Origin: a virus
Taxonomy: Duplodnaviria > Caudoviricetes
Length of the DNA: 26,196 nucleotides
Reading direction: 5' to 3' (one strand)
Virus record (IMG/VR): IMGVR_UViG_3300017914_000261
Coordinates: 1-26,196 of that record
The translations under genes and the position numbers were made by a program. Of the stretch, positions 1-8,363 are shown in pieces. Positions within the stretch are counted from its first letter, which is position 1; the number at the start of each line of letters is the position of its first letter. The notes under the pieces were generated by a model. That model ran no database searches and was not told where the DNA came from. It saw only the letters and a list, made by a program, of their open reading frames with translations.

Positions 1-206
1 GCAGTGCTTGTGGCGTTATCGTCGATGCCTGTGGAGGTAAACGTACCCGTAGTCAAGCTGGTGGGATTAGTGCCAACTTCAATTACATTGCCGCCTGAGT
101 CTTCCGTGTAGAGGCGCTTATTAGTTAGATCCAGCGCAGGTTCGCCCTGAACAAGATCACTTGCCGCTGGTGCGCCTGAACCGTTCTTTAACTTAATCGT
201 TGTCAT
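1..206 (-). CDS. Tail fibre protein, N-terminal part (runs off window)
   Basis: Not in ORF track. ATG at 206 overlaps the TAA of the upstream gene (TAATG). Hand translation MTTIKLKNGSGAPAASDLVQGEPALDLTNKRLYTEDSGGNVIEVGTNPTSLTTGTFTSTGIDDNATST; the P-x-x-x-x-L-x-x-GE-x-A-x-D-x-T-x-x-x-LY pattern is typical of fibre N-terminal attachment domains. Frame is open to the window edge. Confidence 0.75.
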   Translation of the reverse strand, partial: MTTIKLKNGSGAPAASDLVQGEPALDLTNKRLYTEDSGGNVIEVGTNPTSLTTGTFTSTGIDDNATST

Positions 207-1171
207 TAATAAGTACCTCCGTCAACAGTTGACAGTGTTGTTGTAATAGCCGTTGTACCAGAGCCAGTAACTGCTCCAGATAAAGTAATAGTTTGATTGG
301 CAGTAAGATAACCAGCAGCACCGTGGTCACCCCAGCCATAGGCAGTGTCCCACTGACCAACTTTGGTATCAGTGATAACATTAGTGCCCATGTCGATATT
401 GTTACCATTAGCGTCAAGAGTACCGCCTAGCTGTGGCGTTGTGTCGCCTACTAAGTCTGGATTAATGGTATCCCAAGCACTACCAGTGTAAATTCTTGTG
501 CTGTTATCTGTTGTATTGAAATACCAGTCACCTGTAGTAACCGCGTCACCGTTACCGTCTACAGTTGGATTGCTAGACAAAGCGCCTAAGTAAAGGCCAT
601 CAATAGCATCTTTGGCAGCTTCTGCGGCTGTTGCTGATGTAGCCGCGTTTGTCGCTGATGTTGCTGCATTGGTTGCGCTTGTAGCAGCTTCAGTGGCCTT
701 AGTTGTGGCTGTAGTAGCTGACGTTGCTGCATTGGTTGCTGACGTAGCGGCTTCAGTAGCCTTCGTTGTGGCTGTAGTAGCTGATGTAGACGCGTTTGAT
801 TCCGCTGTTTCTGCATTTGTCTCTGCAGTCTCAGCCGCTGTTTGCGCTGTTTCTGCGGCGGTTTTTGCGGTCTCTGCTGCAGTCTTTGCTGTTTCAGCAG
901 CAGTTTGAGCAGTTTCTGCGGCTGTCTCTGCAGTTTCTGCGTTAGTTTCTGCTGTTTCTGCATTTGTCTCTGCAGTCTCAGCGTTAGTTTGTGCGGTTTC
1001 TGCGGCTGTCTGAGCAGCTTCGGCAGCAGTTTGCGCCGCTAAAGCTGATGTAGCAGATGCAGCAGCTTCGTTTGCTTTTGTAGTGGCAGTCTGGGCGTCT
1101 GTGCTTACTTGGGACGCAAACGCATCCGTAGAAGCATCACCTGAACCACCAGTGCCGCGAAAGATTGGCAT
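206..1171 (-). CDS. Ala/Thr-rich coiled-coil fibre protein (tail fibre/virion appendage)
   Basis: 321 aa with a long heptad-repeat AETAETN/ATTATTK stalk, fibre-like DTTPQLGGTLD and ITLSGAVTGSG motifs and C-terminal VDGGTY. AGGAG RBS upstream. Directly after the capsid gene. Confidence 0.7.
   Translation of the reverse strand: MPIFRGTGGSGDASTDAFASQVSTDAQTATTKANEAAASATSALAAQTAAEAAQTAAETAQTNAETAETNAETAETNAETAETAAETAQTAAETAKTAAETAKTAAETAQTAAETAETNAETAESNASTSATTATTKATEAATSATNAATSATTATTKATEAATSATNAATSATNAATSATAAEAAKDAIDGLYLGALSSNPTVDGNGDAVTTGDWYFNTTDNSTRIYTGSAWDTINPDLVGDTTPQLGGTLDANGNNIDMGTNVITDTKVGQWDTAYGWGDHGAAGYLTANQTITLSGAVTGSGTTAITTTLSTVDGGTY
612..1060 (-). repeat. Coding 21-nt (7-aa) tandem repeats plus a ~21-aa duplication in the fibre stalk
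   Basis: AETAETN/AETAKTA/AETAQTA units and two copies of ATTATTKATEAATSATNAATS; boundaries approximate. Confidence 0.85.
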
Positions 1172-1203
1172 AGACTACTCCTAAAAAAACAAACAAGAAA
1201 TGG

Positions 1204-1228
1204 AAAAGGGGGCCATTGCGACCCCCCT
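1204..1228 (-). terminator. Probable intrinsic terminator after the major capsid gene
   Basis: Minus strand GGGGGTC-GCAAT-GGCCCCC followed by TTTT and a T-rich tract, just after the MCP stop (same position as T7 Tphi). Confidence 0.7.
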
Positions 1229-1239
1229 GTAGTGACCTA

Positions 1240-2223
1240 TTAGGCCTCTGGGATAGCCAGTACAAAACCAGCTTCAGGACGATATACCTGAACACCGTAC
1301 AGGCAGTCTGCAGTGTACAGCGTAGAGAGGTACTCTTGCTTGTACTGAGTCTGCGAACGAACTGCTTGCTGCTCTGCCATAACGAGTGCATCGTTGTGGA
1401 ACAGAAGCGCCGCACGAACATCACCAGTAAACGCTGAGTTGCTAGCCGCGTTCTCAATGGTTCGGCAGTTAGCAGAAACGTAAACGTCTACACCGTAGAG
1501 GTTACCGATCAGGCCAGAGTTTACAGCCTGTCCGCTTACGAAGTCAGAAGACACGTAACGGTCGATACCCATGATGGTGTTACGTACTGAAGGAGGAATA
1601 ACAAAGTTACGTCCGTCCATAGGTACGTTGTTGTCGTCAAGCTTCTGGATCATGCCACGGAAGAAAGCGTCGTTAAATACGTCAGCAGCAACAACAGTAT
1701 CATCAGTGTACTGAGTGATAGTTGAGCCAGCATCGTTAAAGAACGTGCCAGTGTTTTCGTAGTCTGCACCAGTTACAGCAGGTGACAGGTTCATGGTGCC
1801 GTCACCAAAGCCAGTAGCAGCAGCGTGAAGATCATTGTCGATCTTTACAGCCAAAGCGTAACCAGCGTCTTCGGTGTAGAACTGACGCAGAGAAGACAGA
1901 GCCTGTACTTCTACGATGTCCTCGATGAGACGTGAGTACTCAAAGTGACGATCGATGTCAACAGTCAGTTCACCTTCGGTGTTCGCAATGATGGTAACTG
2001 CAGTGTCAGCAGCCTTAGCATTTGCGTCACCACGTACGGGCTTAGGAATGTGAAGCTTGTCACCCTTCTTGCCAGTCATAGCAATACGCTTGACAAGGGG
2101 AGCCATCTTCAGGTTCTTCTGGTAAGCTGCAATAATCTCGTCACTCCAGATTTCTGGAATAAACTTGTCAGCTTCTGTTTTCGCGGTAAAACCAGCCGCG
2201 CCGGGATAAGTTGCTGTAGCCAT
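1240..2223 (-). CDS. Major capsid protein
   Basis: 327 aa after the scaffold. FIPEIWS, G-D-x-L-x-IP, L-DDNNVP-x-DGR and G-x-IG-x-LYG-x-x-V-x-x-S motifs are typical of podovirus HK97-fold capsids. AAAGGAG RBS. Confidence 0.9.
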   Translation of the reverse strand: MATATYPGAAGFTAKTEADKFIPEIWSDEIIAAYQKNLKMAPLVKRIAMTGKKGDKLHIPKPVRGDANAKAADTAVTIIANTEGELTVDIDRHFEYSRLIEDIVEVQALSSLRQFYTEDAGYALAVKIDNDLHAAATGFGDGTMNLSPAVTGADYENTGTFFNDAGSTITQYTDDTVVAADVFNDAFFRGMIQKLDDNNVPMDGRNFVIPPSVRNTIMGIDRYVSSDFVSGQAVNSGLIGNLYGVDVYVSANCRTIENAASNSAFTGDVRAALLFHNDALVMAEQQAVRSQTQYKQEYLSTLYTADCLYGVQVYRPEAGFVLAIPEA

Positions 2224-2240
2224 GATATTTCTCCTTTAGG

Positions 2241-3044
2241 CTATTTGACCCTCCCGTCTGCATAGGCTGCCATTATTTCAGGCTGTAGTGCCATGTAGCG
2301 TTCAGGGTCGGATTGCATAAGTTTAATAATGTCAGCACGACGATAAACTTTTCTACGCGTTCCTTCTGCTGTTCCGCGAGCGTTGCCTGTACTGGCTGAC
2401 TTAGCTGAACTCTTACGGGCTGCTTTTTCAGCTTGCGCTGTCTGTTGAACTGTTTGCGTTCTCTCTTTCCAGAGACTAAACAACTCATTAGCAGAGTCAT
2501 AATCGTACGATTGGTCAGCCTGAACAAACAACTGTGTTCGGACTTTTGATCCTTTAATCCACTCAGCAAACTTAGGATCTTGAAGAATATCTTCCATATC
2601 CGGATATTGCTGTTGTAGTTGCGCTAACGTAGCTTGCTTTTTAGCTTGCTCCGTATATGCTTGCGCTTCTTTAATTTTAGGATGATTATCTATAGCTCGA
2701 CTAACAGCAGCTTCAGGATCGACAAAAAAATCTAACTCGTCATCTTCTTGCTGTTGTTGAGGTGCTTGTTGCTCTGCGAGTTGTGTTTGGGTTTGTATGT
2801 AATCATCAACAACTTTACGTAACTCACCAACTTCCGTACTTTGTTTACCTGAGAACTTTTCAAGCTCTTGGTGCATCTGCACGAGTTCTTCGACAGACTT
2901 ACCTTGGTACTTTTCTGGAATGTTAGATTCAGGTTCTTGTTCAGGTTGTTCCTCTTCAGGAGTCTCAACAGTATCCTGTGTATCTAGTTCGTCAGTTGCT
3001 TCTTCTTCTTCCAAACGCTCATCAATAATTGTCGCTCTTGACAT
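2241..3044 (-). CDS. Capsid scaffolding/assembly protein
   Basis: 267 aa, acidic N-terminus, PEKYQGKS motif, helical/coiled-coil composition, immediately upstream of MCP. Confidence 0.8.
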   Translation of the reverse strand: MSRATIIDERLEEEEATDELDTQDTVETPEEEQPEQEPESNIPEKYQGKSVEELVQMHQELEKFSGKQSTEVGELRKVVDDYIQTQTQLAEQQAPQQQQEDDELDFFVDPEAAVSRAIDNHPKIKEAQAYTEQAKKQATLAQLQQQYPDMEDILQDPKFAEWIKGSKVRTQLFVQADQSYDYDSANELFSLWKERTQTVQQTAQAEKAARKSSAKSASTGNARGTAEGTRRKVYRRADIIKLMQSDPERYMALQPEIMAAYADGRVK

Positions 3045-3098
3045 TGTAAACTTACCCCGCCTCTAAAGGTTATGGAGAAATAAAATGGGAGTTGCCCG

Positions 3099-3320
3099 TT
3101 AGGATTCCCTGCCTTTTCGTCCAGCTTGCTCATGCTCTTTTACCCACTTCATGTGTCTTCCGGGGAAATCACCTGAGTGACCTTCAAGTATGTGTTGCGT
3201 TGCTGATACGATTTTTGTAGCGTTGGCACCACAACCGCACCTAGTGGTTGTTACGTGACCTTCTACAAATGCTTCAAACAAGTGACCATTGGTACACTTA
3301 AAATCAAATACTTTAATCAT
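3099..3320 (-). CDS. Small zinc-ribbon protein (FmdB-like)
   Basis: FDFKCTNGHLFE...RCGCG pattern resembles the FmdB-type zinc ribbon; 73 aa. Confidence 0.65.
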   Translation of the reverse strand: MIKVFDFKCTNGHLFEAFVEGHVTTTRCGCGANATKIVSATQHILEGHSGDFPGRHMKWVKEHEQAGRKGRES

Positions 3321-3561
3321 CTTCTTCAGAAGCCTTTGATGCTTCCTCGTAGTTAGTTTCCATGATGGACTGTAGATTAATTAAATGGGCTAATACGTTT
3401 AGTTGTCCCTTTCTAAAGTACAGATCATCACTATCTTTAGTTGACTCTACGCTGTTAATCTGTAGAGCATTGTTTCCAAAATCCTCCATTAACTGTTGCC
3501 ACCCATCGGTAGCAAAAAGACTAAAGTATGTGTCGTAATATTTCTGTGTTTCTTGATCCAT
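3313..3561 (-). CDS. Hypothetical protein in the head module
   Basis: 82 aa acidic helical protein, GAGG RBS, first gene after the consensus promoter at 3603-3631. Confidence 0.75.
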   Translation of the reverse strand: MDQETQKYYDTYFSLFATDGWQQLMEDFGNNALQINSVESTKDSDDLYFRKGQLNVLAHLINLQSIMETNYEEASKASEEDD

Positions 3562-3602
3562 CTGAGGCCTCTTAGGTTATCTCTATAGAACTATATGATA
3601 TT

Positions 3603-3631
3603 ATTATACCATATTTTTATAACTTTGTCAA
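3603..3631 (-). promoter_or_regulatory. Consensus sigma70 promoter for scaffold/capsid genes
   Basis: Minus strand TTGACA-AAGTTATAAAAATATGG(17)-TATAAT, perfect -35 and -10 with an extended -10 TG; intergenic. Confidence 0.9.
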
Positions 3632-3634
3632 TAG

Positions 3635-3910
3635 TTATTTCTTACTTTTGGTAGTTTTACGCCTTCTACCAGAGGCTGTTACAGCGTGTTTGATCCTAGC
3701 TGGACCTTTTTTACGCCTAGATGACGAGGCTTTTTCAGCTTTTGTCATCTTAGCAGCTACCGCTTTAGGGCGACACGAGGGGTACGGACGCTTAGACTCA
3801 CCCTTTTTTGCAGACTTACGTCCACAGGGTTTGCCTGTTTTAACGTCTACCCATTCTTCCTTGAACCATTTTTTGAGGGCTGCGCCTTTTTTACTTTTTC
3901 TTACGGCCAC
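3635..3910 (-). CDS. Small basic protein (KWFKEEWVDV...YPSCRP type)
   Basis: 91 aa, very K/R-rich; I recognise this motif from small proteins of aquatic phages. Function unknown. Confidence 0.75.
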   Translation of the reverse strand: MAVRKSKKGAALKKWFKEEWVDVKTGKPCGRKSAKKGESKRPYPSCRPKAVAAKMTKAEKASSSRRKKGPARIKHAVTASGRRRKTTKSKK

Positions 3911-4049
3911 TTTTCTTACCCCAGTTTTTAGCGCCTACCTTGCGGCACTTAGCCACAGCACCAGACGCGTAAGCAGAAGGCCATACCTTGTATCTAGCCT
4001 TGACCTTCCGCGCACACGCATCGTTTGCCTTTTTCTTTTTCTTAGGCAT
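3891..4049 (-). CDS. Small basic protein (WPSAYASG motif), 52 aa
   Basis: Not in ORF track. MPKKKKKANDACARKVKARYKVWPSAYASGAVAKCRKVGAKNWGKKSGRKKK; the motif is familiar from phage small proteins and the ORF fills the gap in the operon. Confidence 0.75.
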   Translation of the reverse strand: MPKKKKKANDACARKVKARYKVWPSAYASGAVAKCRKVGAKNWGKKSGRKKK

Positions 4050-4050
4050 T

Positions 4051-4131
4051 TTAGTACCTAGCAGGTTTTCTTTTTTTTGGTTGTCCTTTTTTCTTTTTAT
4101 TTGTTTTCTTTGGTCTTGGTCTTAGCTTCAT
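4051..4131 (-). CDS. 26-aa Lys/Arg-rich micro-protein
   Basis: Not in ORF track. MKLRPRPKKTNKKKKGQPKKRKPARY, AAGGAG RBS 6 nt before ATG, stop 1 nt before the next ATG. Confidence 0.6.
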   Translation of the reverse strand: MKLRPRPKKTNKKKKGQPKKRKPARY

Positions 4132-4141
4132 AACTATCTCC

Positions 4142-4288
4142 TTACTTTTTGTGGGCTTTCTGTACTTCAAAGTTTGCAGACTTAGACGCGCCCTTGTGAG
4201 GTTTGTATCCACCTGCAGGATCTTTCATTAGTTTGTAGTTGTTACCGCTTTTCATCCAGTGGTAACCTTTTGGAGCAGGAACTTTCAT
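4142..4288 (-). CDS. Small basic protein, 48 aa
   Basis: Not in ORF track. MKVPAPKGYHWMKSGNNYKLMKDPAGGYKPHKGASKSANFEVQKAHKK; tight packing with its neighbours. Confidence 0.7.
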   Translation of the reverse strand: MKVPAPKGYHWMKSGNNYKLMKDPAGGYKPHKGASKSANFEVQKAHKK

Positions 4289-4292
4289 ATTA

Positions 4293-4559
4293 TCACCATT
4301 TTTTACACGACCAATATCTAGCTGTTAATTTACTAGGAGGATTAGTATCACATTTGTGACGCGCTCTAAAAGATTTACGACGCGCTGGTTGATCTTTTTT
4401 AATTTTCATCTTAGCGTCACCAAACCGAATAGTTTTAGTTTTGTCGCCTTCTTTAGCAACTACAATAAACTTTTTAGTAGGATGGTTAGGAGTCCGTTTC
4501 GGCTTGTTGTACCCGCTTACTCCTGCTCGCTTTAGCTTTGGGTCTTTCTCCTTGGGCAT
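4293..4559 (-). CDS. Small basic protein (FRARHKC...ARYWSC type)
   Basis: 88 aa, K/R-rich, recognisable phage motif; GAGGAG RBS; ATG coupled to the portal stop. Confidence 0.8.
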   Translation of the reverse strand: MPKEKDPKLKRAGVSGYNKPKRTPNHPTKKFIVVAKEGDKTKTIRFGDAKMKIKKDQPARRKSFRARHKCDTNPPSKLTARYWSCKKW

Positions 4560-4680
4560 TAACTTTCTCCTCTAAATCCGCGACCTTGTTCCTGAGTTCC
4601 TCCAACTGCTCTGAGTGCGTTTTGAAGGCTTCGTTGACTTGGCTCAGTAGGTTGTTGATTTCGGTTTGTGTCATTAACAT
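4486..4680 (-). CDS. Short coiled-coil protein overlapping portal 3' end and next gene
   Basis: 64 aa, clear heptad pattern (INNLLSQVNEAF...LEELRNKVADLEEKV); AAGGA RBS upstream; fully overlapped by its neighbours in other frames. Confidence 0.55.
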   Translation of the reverse strand: MLMTQTEINNLLSQVNEAFKTHSEQLEELRNKVADLEEKVNAQGERPKAKASRSKRVQQAETDS

Positions 4681-6583
4681 TAGAAGTTTTTCCTTCGATT
4701 TGCTTTTCTTTCAACAGTGTTTCTGCAATCTTCAGGCGACGTTCAAACTCTTTGTCGTCTTCATCACCTTCTTTGAGGTTTTTAGTGATTGCGTTGATCT
4801 TGTCAATTTCCAACTCTTGAGGAGCAAGCTGAGCATCAATAGCGTACTTCTGCGCCCTTGCTTGAGACTCAGCAGCTTGAGCATTGAACGCTGCAGTTTG
4901 ACTCTGTTGATAAGCCATCTGAGCCTGTTGCATTTGCATCTGCATTTGTTGCATTTGAGGATTAGGTTGCGAAGCTTGTTGCATAGTAGCAATAAGCTCT
5001 TCACGGTTTGATAGATTCATGTTGTCGATAATGCTCTGGATAAGTACAGGGTACAGCGGACTGTCCTGCTTCATCGTCTGTAGCAATTGCACAAGCTGAG
5101 TAACTTCGTACTCACGAGCAATAATACCCAGAGTAGACGTAGCGTTAAACTTGTAGTCAGCTACGGGATAGTTTTCAGGGTCAAACTGCATGTACCTGTG
5201 TGCTGCTTTAGTTACAAACGGCAATAAAAAAGACTGTTGAAAATTAATAAGAGTACGTTTGTGACGCTTAATAATAGCGCCTAACGACATACTAATACCA
5301 GCAGCAGTAGCCTCGCCGTTTACTTGCCCAGCAATACCTGCAGAGTCAACAGCCCCTGTAGCTTGTTGTACCATCTGTTGAAGCGATGCCGCTTGAGCAA
5401 AAGTAATTTGGTTAACTTGTCCAAAGTTAAACGGTTGTAGTACTTCACGAGGATCTCCGTTAGTAAGAATCATTTTACCCGGACGAACCTCAGGTCTAGC
5501 GCCTCGTGGAAGTCTAGTGGCGTCGATAGCCATCATCGGGTGAATCGTAAGACTCAGGGCATCAATACGTGCGCGTAACTCAGTGTCCAAAGCCTTTTGA
5601 CTGTTATAACCCTTCTCACAAACGCCACGACCCCAGAATCGACCCGGAACTACGTCCCAAGGAAACGCTACCACAGGACGGTCTTCCATCATGTATGGGT
5701 TAGCTTCAGCTTTTAATAATGTACCACCGTTAGCAATAACAACAATAGCCTCAACGTACATTGAATCTGATTCGACTTCTACGCCTTCATCTTCAAGAAG
5801 TTCACGAGGAACAAGACCATAATACTTTGTTAATCGTATTTTATCGTCATTGTAAATTGTAAGGTCTTGATCTGGTTCTAAATCAGTATCAGGCGCTGCT
5901 GATCCAATATACCCTCTACGATAAACGCCCTGCTCTTGTAACAACTCTACAGAGTGTTTAGAAACAAACTCATCAATAGCTACTCCATAAGCATCATCAA
6001 TAGATGTAGCTACTGGATCAATTAAAAAGTTTTGTGGAAGTACAGGTTTAAGTTTTACCACAACCCTGTCTGTAATATTAACACCTACTGCTGTTAGCTC
6101 TCCTCCCATAACAGGTTGAGTAGCAGGGGCCATTTCTTTTACTTCTTCAAGAATAATCTCGCCAATGCCTGTACCAAATACAGCAGCGTTGATAAGACAC
6201 TCTGCAACAGCTTTACGTACTTTGCAGTTTTCAAAATCTTCCGTTAGTTTTTTACGTAGATACTGAACGTCCTGACGCTCTTTGTCGTTTACATCGTCAG
6301 CAATGTCAAACCACTTACCACGACCAAAGGTGGCTTCTTCTAACTCTGCTACGTTAGACTCTACAGCTTGTTGAAGCGCAGGAGAAATAATTCTAGAGCG
6401 TTCGGATACTCGGTCAGAGTCAGCAGGATCCCATTGACCTCGCCACAGTCGATAGTATTCTTCAAATCTTGCTTCATAGTTTGACTCATAGTAATCACGC
6501 CAGTTTTCACATTTAGTAATTACCCACTCTTCAAGAGACTCCTGAATCATCAAAGGATCTTCTTCGTAGATTTCGTCTGCCAT
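4559..6583 (-). CDS. Portal (head-tail connector) protein
   Basis: 674 aa, downstream of TerL. FGTGI, P-x-NF-x-IDP and FWGRGV motifs with a Gln-rich C-terminal barrel region as in P22-like portals. Confidence 0.88.
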   Translation of the reverse strand: MADEIYEEDPLMIQESLEEWVITKCENWRDYYESNYEARFEEYYRLWRGQWDPADSDRVSERSRIISPALQQAVESNVAELEEATFGRGKWFDIADDVNDKERQDVQYLRKKLTEDFENCKVRKAVAECLINAAVFGTGIGEIILEEVKEMAPATQPVMGGELTAVGVNITDRVVVKLKPVLPQNFLIDPVATSIDDAYGVAIDEFVSKHSVELLQEQGVYRRGYIGSAAPDTDLEPDQDLTIYNDDKIRLTKYYGLVPRELLEDEGVEVESDSMYVEAIVVIANGGTLLKAEANPYMMEDRPVVAFPWDVVPGRFWGRGVCEKGYNSQKALDTELRARIDALSLTIHPMMAIDATRLPRGARPEVRPGKMILTNGDPREVLQPFNFGQVNQITFAQAASLQQMVQQATGAVDSAGIAGQVNGEATAAGISMSLGAIIKRHKRTLINFQQSFLLPFVTKAAHRYMQFDPENYPVADYKFNATSTLGIIAREYEVTQLVQLLQTMKQDSPLYPVLIQSIIDNMNLSNREELIATMQQASQPNPQMQQMQMQMQQAQMAYQQSQTAAFNAQAAESQARAQKYAIDAQLAPQELEIDKINAITKNLKEGDEDDKEFERRLKIAETLLKEKQIEGKTSNVNDTNRNQQPTEPSQRSLQNALRAVGGTQEQGRGFRGES

Positions 6584-6593
6584 AGTTAATTCC

Positions 6594-6683
6594 TTAGATT
6601 AAAGCTATGCTGTAGCCCATAGTAAAAAATACTATGGCAGAGATAGCGTAAATGCCGTATGTGTTAAATTTTCTAAAAACCAT
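6594..6683 (-). CDS. 29-aa single-TM micro-protein between TerL and portal
   Basis: Not in ORF track. MVFRKFNTYGIYAISAIVFFTMGYSIALI; ATG overlaps the TerL stop (TAATG); its stop overlaps the portal RBS. Confidence 0.6.
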   Translation of the reverse strand: MVFRKFNTYGIYAISAIVFFTMGYSIALI

Positions 6684-7933
6684 TAGTACCCTGCTACAAC
6701 ATCTAATATTTCGTGATCGTCAATTTCGTAATCGTAGTGGTACGCTACTTGTGCTAACTGATCTATGTAAGCTAGTGCGTCAACCAAGTCATCGTGGGTC
6801 AGTGGGTCAGGAAACTGAAACAGTTGATCTAAGAATCTGTTGTTCCACTCGCCCTTGTTTAATGCAATGTATCCGTTTTCAAAACGCCCCTGTAGCGCCC
6901 ACATAACTCTGTCAGTCTTTTTCTTGTTACCGTGAGTCAGCTCTTCTACACGAAAAAACGTGCCATAGCGTTTTTGTAGGTCTGTCAGAGGCGACATTAC
7001 TGCCTGCTTTGCTATTCCCCTTTCAATACCAACGCTAACGGGTCTGTAGTCTCTAACGGCCTGAAATATCTTGGCGGCAGTCTCGTCAAGGCTCCACCGC
7101 CCATATATAATGTTATCAACGTACCAACCATCAGGACTAACTTTAACGACAGCGATTGCGGTTTCATCAAGTTTACTGTTCTTTGTCCGTTTTTTGTTTA
7201 CTTCCTCAAAGCCAGCCAAGTCAACAGCGATGTAGTAATCTCCGACCTCTGGCTCTTCTCCGAACTGCACCCAGCCTTCTTTGAACATTTCTGAGCCTCT
7301 GGCTTCAAACGAGGCCATGAACTCTTGACGGAAGGCGTAACTCGACATTGATTTTTTCGCCATGTCGATTTCAGATGAGTCCAACAACGGGTTGTCGTAG
7401 CTGGTGAAATGCCAGCCCCTGTAAGTCTCATCGCTACCTAACTCCGCGTACTTGTACAGTTCATAGAAGTGGTTACGACCCATAGGCGTACCTATGAACA
7501 TTGCTGAACCCTTTTGGTCAGCCAGTGCTGGACGGAGGATCTGCTCCCATACGTCAGGCTTCATGTCTGCGTACTCGTCCATCACAAGAAACTTCAAGGA
7601 CACACCACGCATTGTCTCAGGCCTATCGGCTCCCTTAAGACTAATGGTGGCCCCGTTGACCAGCTTGATCTGCAGGTTGTTAATATGGCTACCTGCTATC
7701 ACAGGGTGTCCTAGCTCCAATAGGGTCTGCCACATAATGTCACGGGCCTGACCCTGAGTGGGCGCAACGTAAAAAACTTGACCTTTATCGGTCTGTAGTG
7801 CATTAATGATTAACATCCAAGCAGCAAGACGGGACTTCCCTGTACGCCGTCCTGCCGCAACTACCTTGAACCTAGTAGGATCAGAGTAGACTTCCTGCTG
7901 CCAAGGCAACAGTTGTACGTTTAAGTCTGTCAC
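6683..7933 (-). CDS. terL: Terminase large subunit
   Basis: Walker A AGRRTGKS, Walker B LVMDE, GTP-x-G-x-N-x-FY coupling region, nuclease acidic residues (AVDLA, HDDLVDALAY). Confidence 0.95.
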   Translation of the reverse strand: MTDLNVQLLPWQQEVYSDPTRFKVVAAGRRTGKSRLAAWMLIINALQTDKGQVFYVAPTQGQARDIMWQTLLELGHPVIAGSHINNLQIKLVNGATISLKGADRPETMRGVSLKFLVMDEYADMKPDVWEQILRPALADQKGSAMFIGTPMGRNHFYELYKYAELGSDETYRGWHFTSYDNPLLDSSEIDMAKKSMSSYAFRQEFMASFEARGSEMFKEGWVQFGEEPEVGDYYIAVDLAGFEEVNKKRTKNSKLDETAIAVVKVSPDGWYVDNIIYGRWSLDETAAKIFQAVRDYRPVSVGIERGIAKQAVMSPLTDLQKRYGTFFRVEELTHGNKKKTDRVMWALQGRFENGYIALNKGEWNNRFLDQLFQFPDPLTHDDLVDALAYIDQLAQVAYHYDYEIDDHEILDVVAGY

Positions 7934-8347
7934 TTATTCTGAGCAAACACCAGAATCTTCTGAAGTATCAAACTGATCGTCACCACAACCATACTTATTG
8001 TCATTGTTTGTATCACAAGAACGCTGCCATGTAATCATGTCAAAGGTCAAACCCTCTGACCAAGGGACATACGCCTTACACCAAGTATGACTACCTACCT
8101 GCAATCCATCAGTAACAGAAGGAACAAAATCACGAGCAATATTAGGATGCACTACAGAAAAGTTTACACCACCGTTAGCCCACTGCTTTTTCTTAAACAG
8201 TTTTTGTCCTGTTACGTAGACTGATTCTCCTGCCGGTACAGTGTAAGTAGATCCATCGTCATAGTTAATAACTGTATCGGATAGAGCATAAGCAGACCAA
8301 CAAAAAACAACAAACAAACCAATTAACATTTCACTTACATTTTTCAC
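7934..8347 (-). CDS. Exported protein of unknown function (signal peptide, Cys-containing)
   Basis: N-terminal hydrophobic segment ending AYA-LS; four Cys in the C-terminal half; AGGAG RBS. Confidence 0.6.
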   Translation of the reverse strand: MKNVSEMLIGLFVVFCWSAYALSDTVINYDDGSTYTVPAGESVYVTGQKLFKKKQWANGGVNFSVVHPNIARDFVPSVTDGLQVGSHTWCKAYVPWSEGLTFDMITWQRSCDTNNDNKYGCGDDQFDTSEDSGVCSE

Positions 8348-8363
8348 GGAAGTCTCCTATTAA

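Noticed and set aside
586-1042. Alternative-frame ORFs 586-963, 612-908 and 842-1042
   Set aside because: Shadow frames of the low-complexity Ala/Thr repeat; no RBS or independent signal.
1137-1457. Possible T7 10B-like frameshift extension of the capsid protein
   Set aside because: No clear slippery sequence. MCP ends in tandem TAA TAG followed by a terminator, and the alternative frame does not join the fibre gene in frame.
1932-1943. GTGAGTACTCAA resembling a SlmA binding site
   Set aside because: Single imperfect copy explained by conserved capsid codons (FEYSR).
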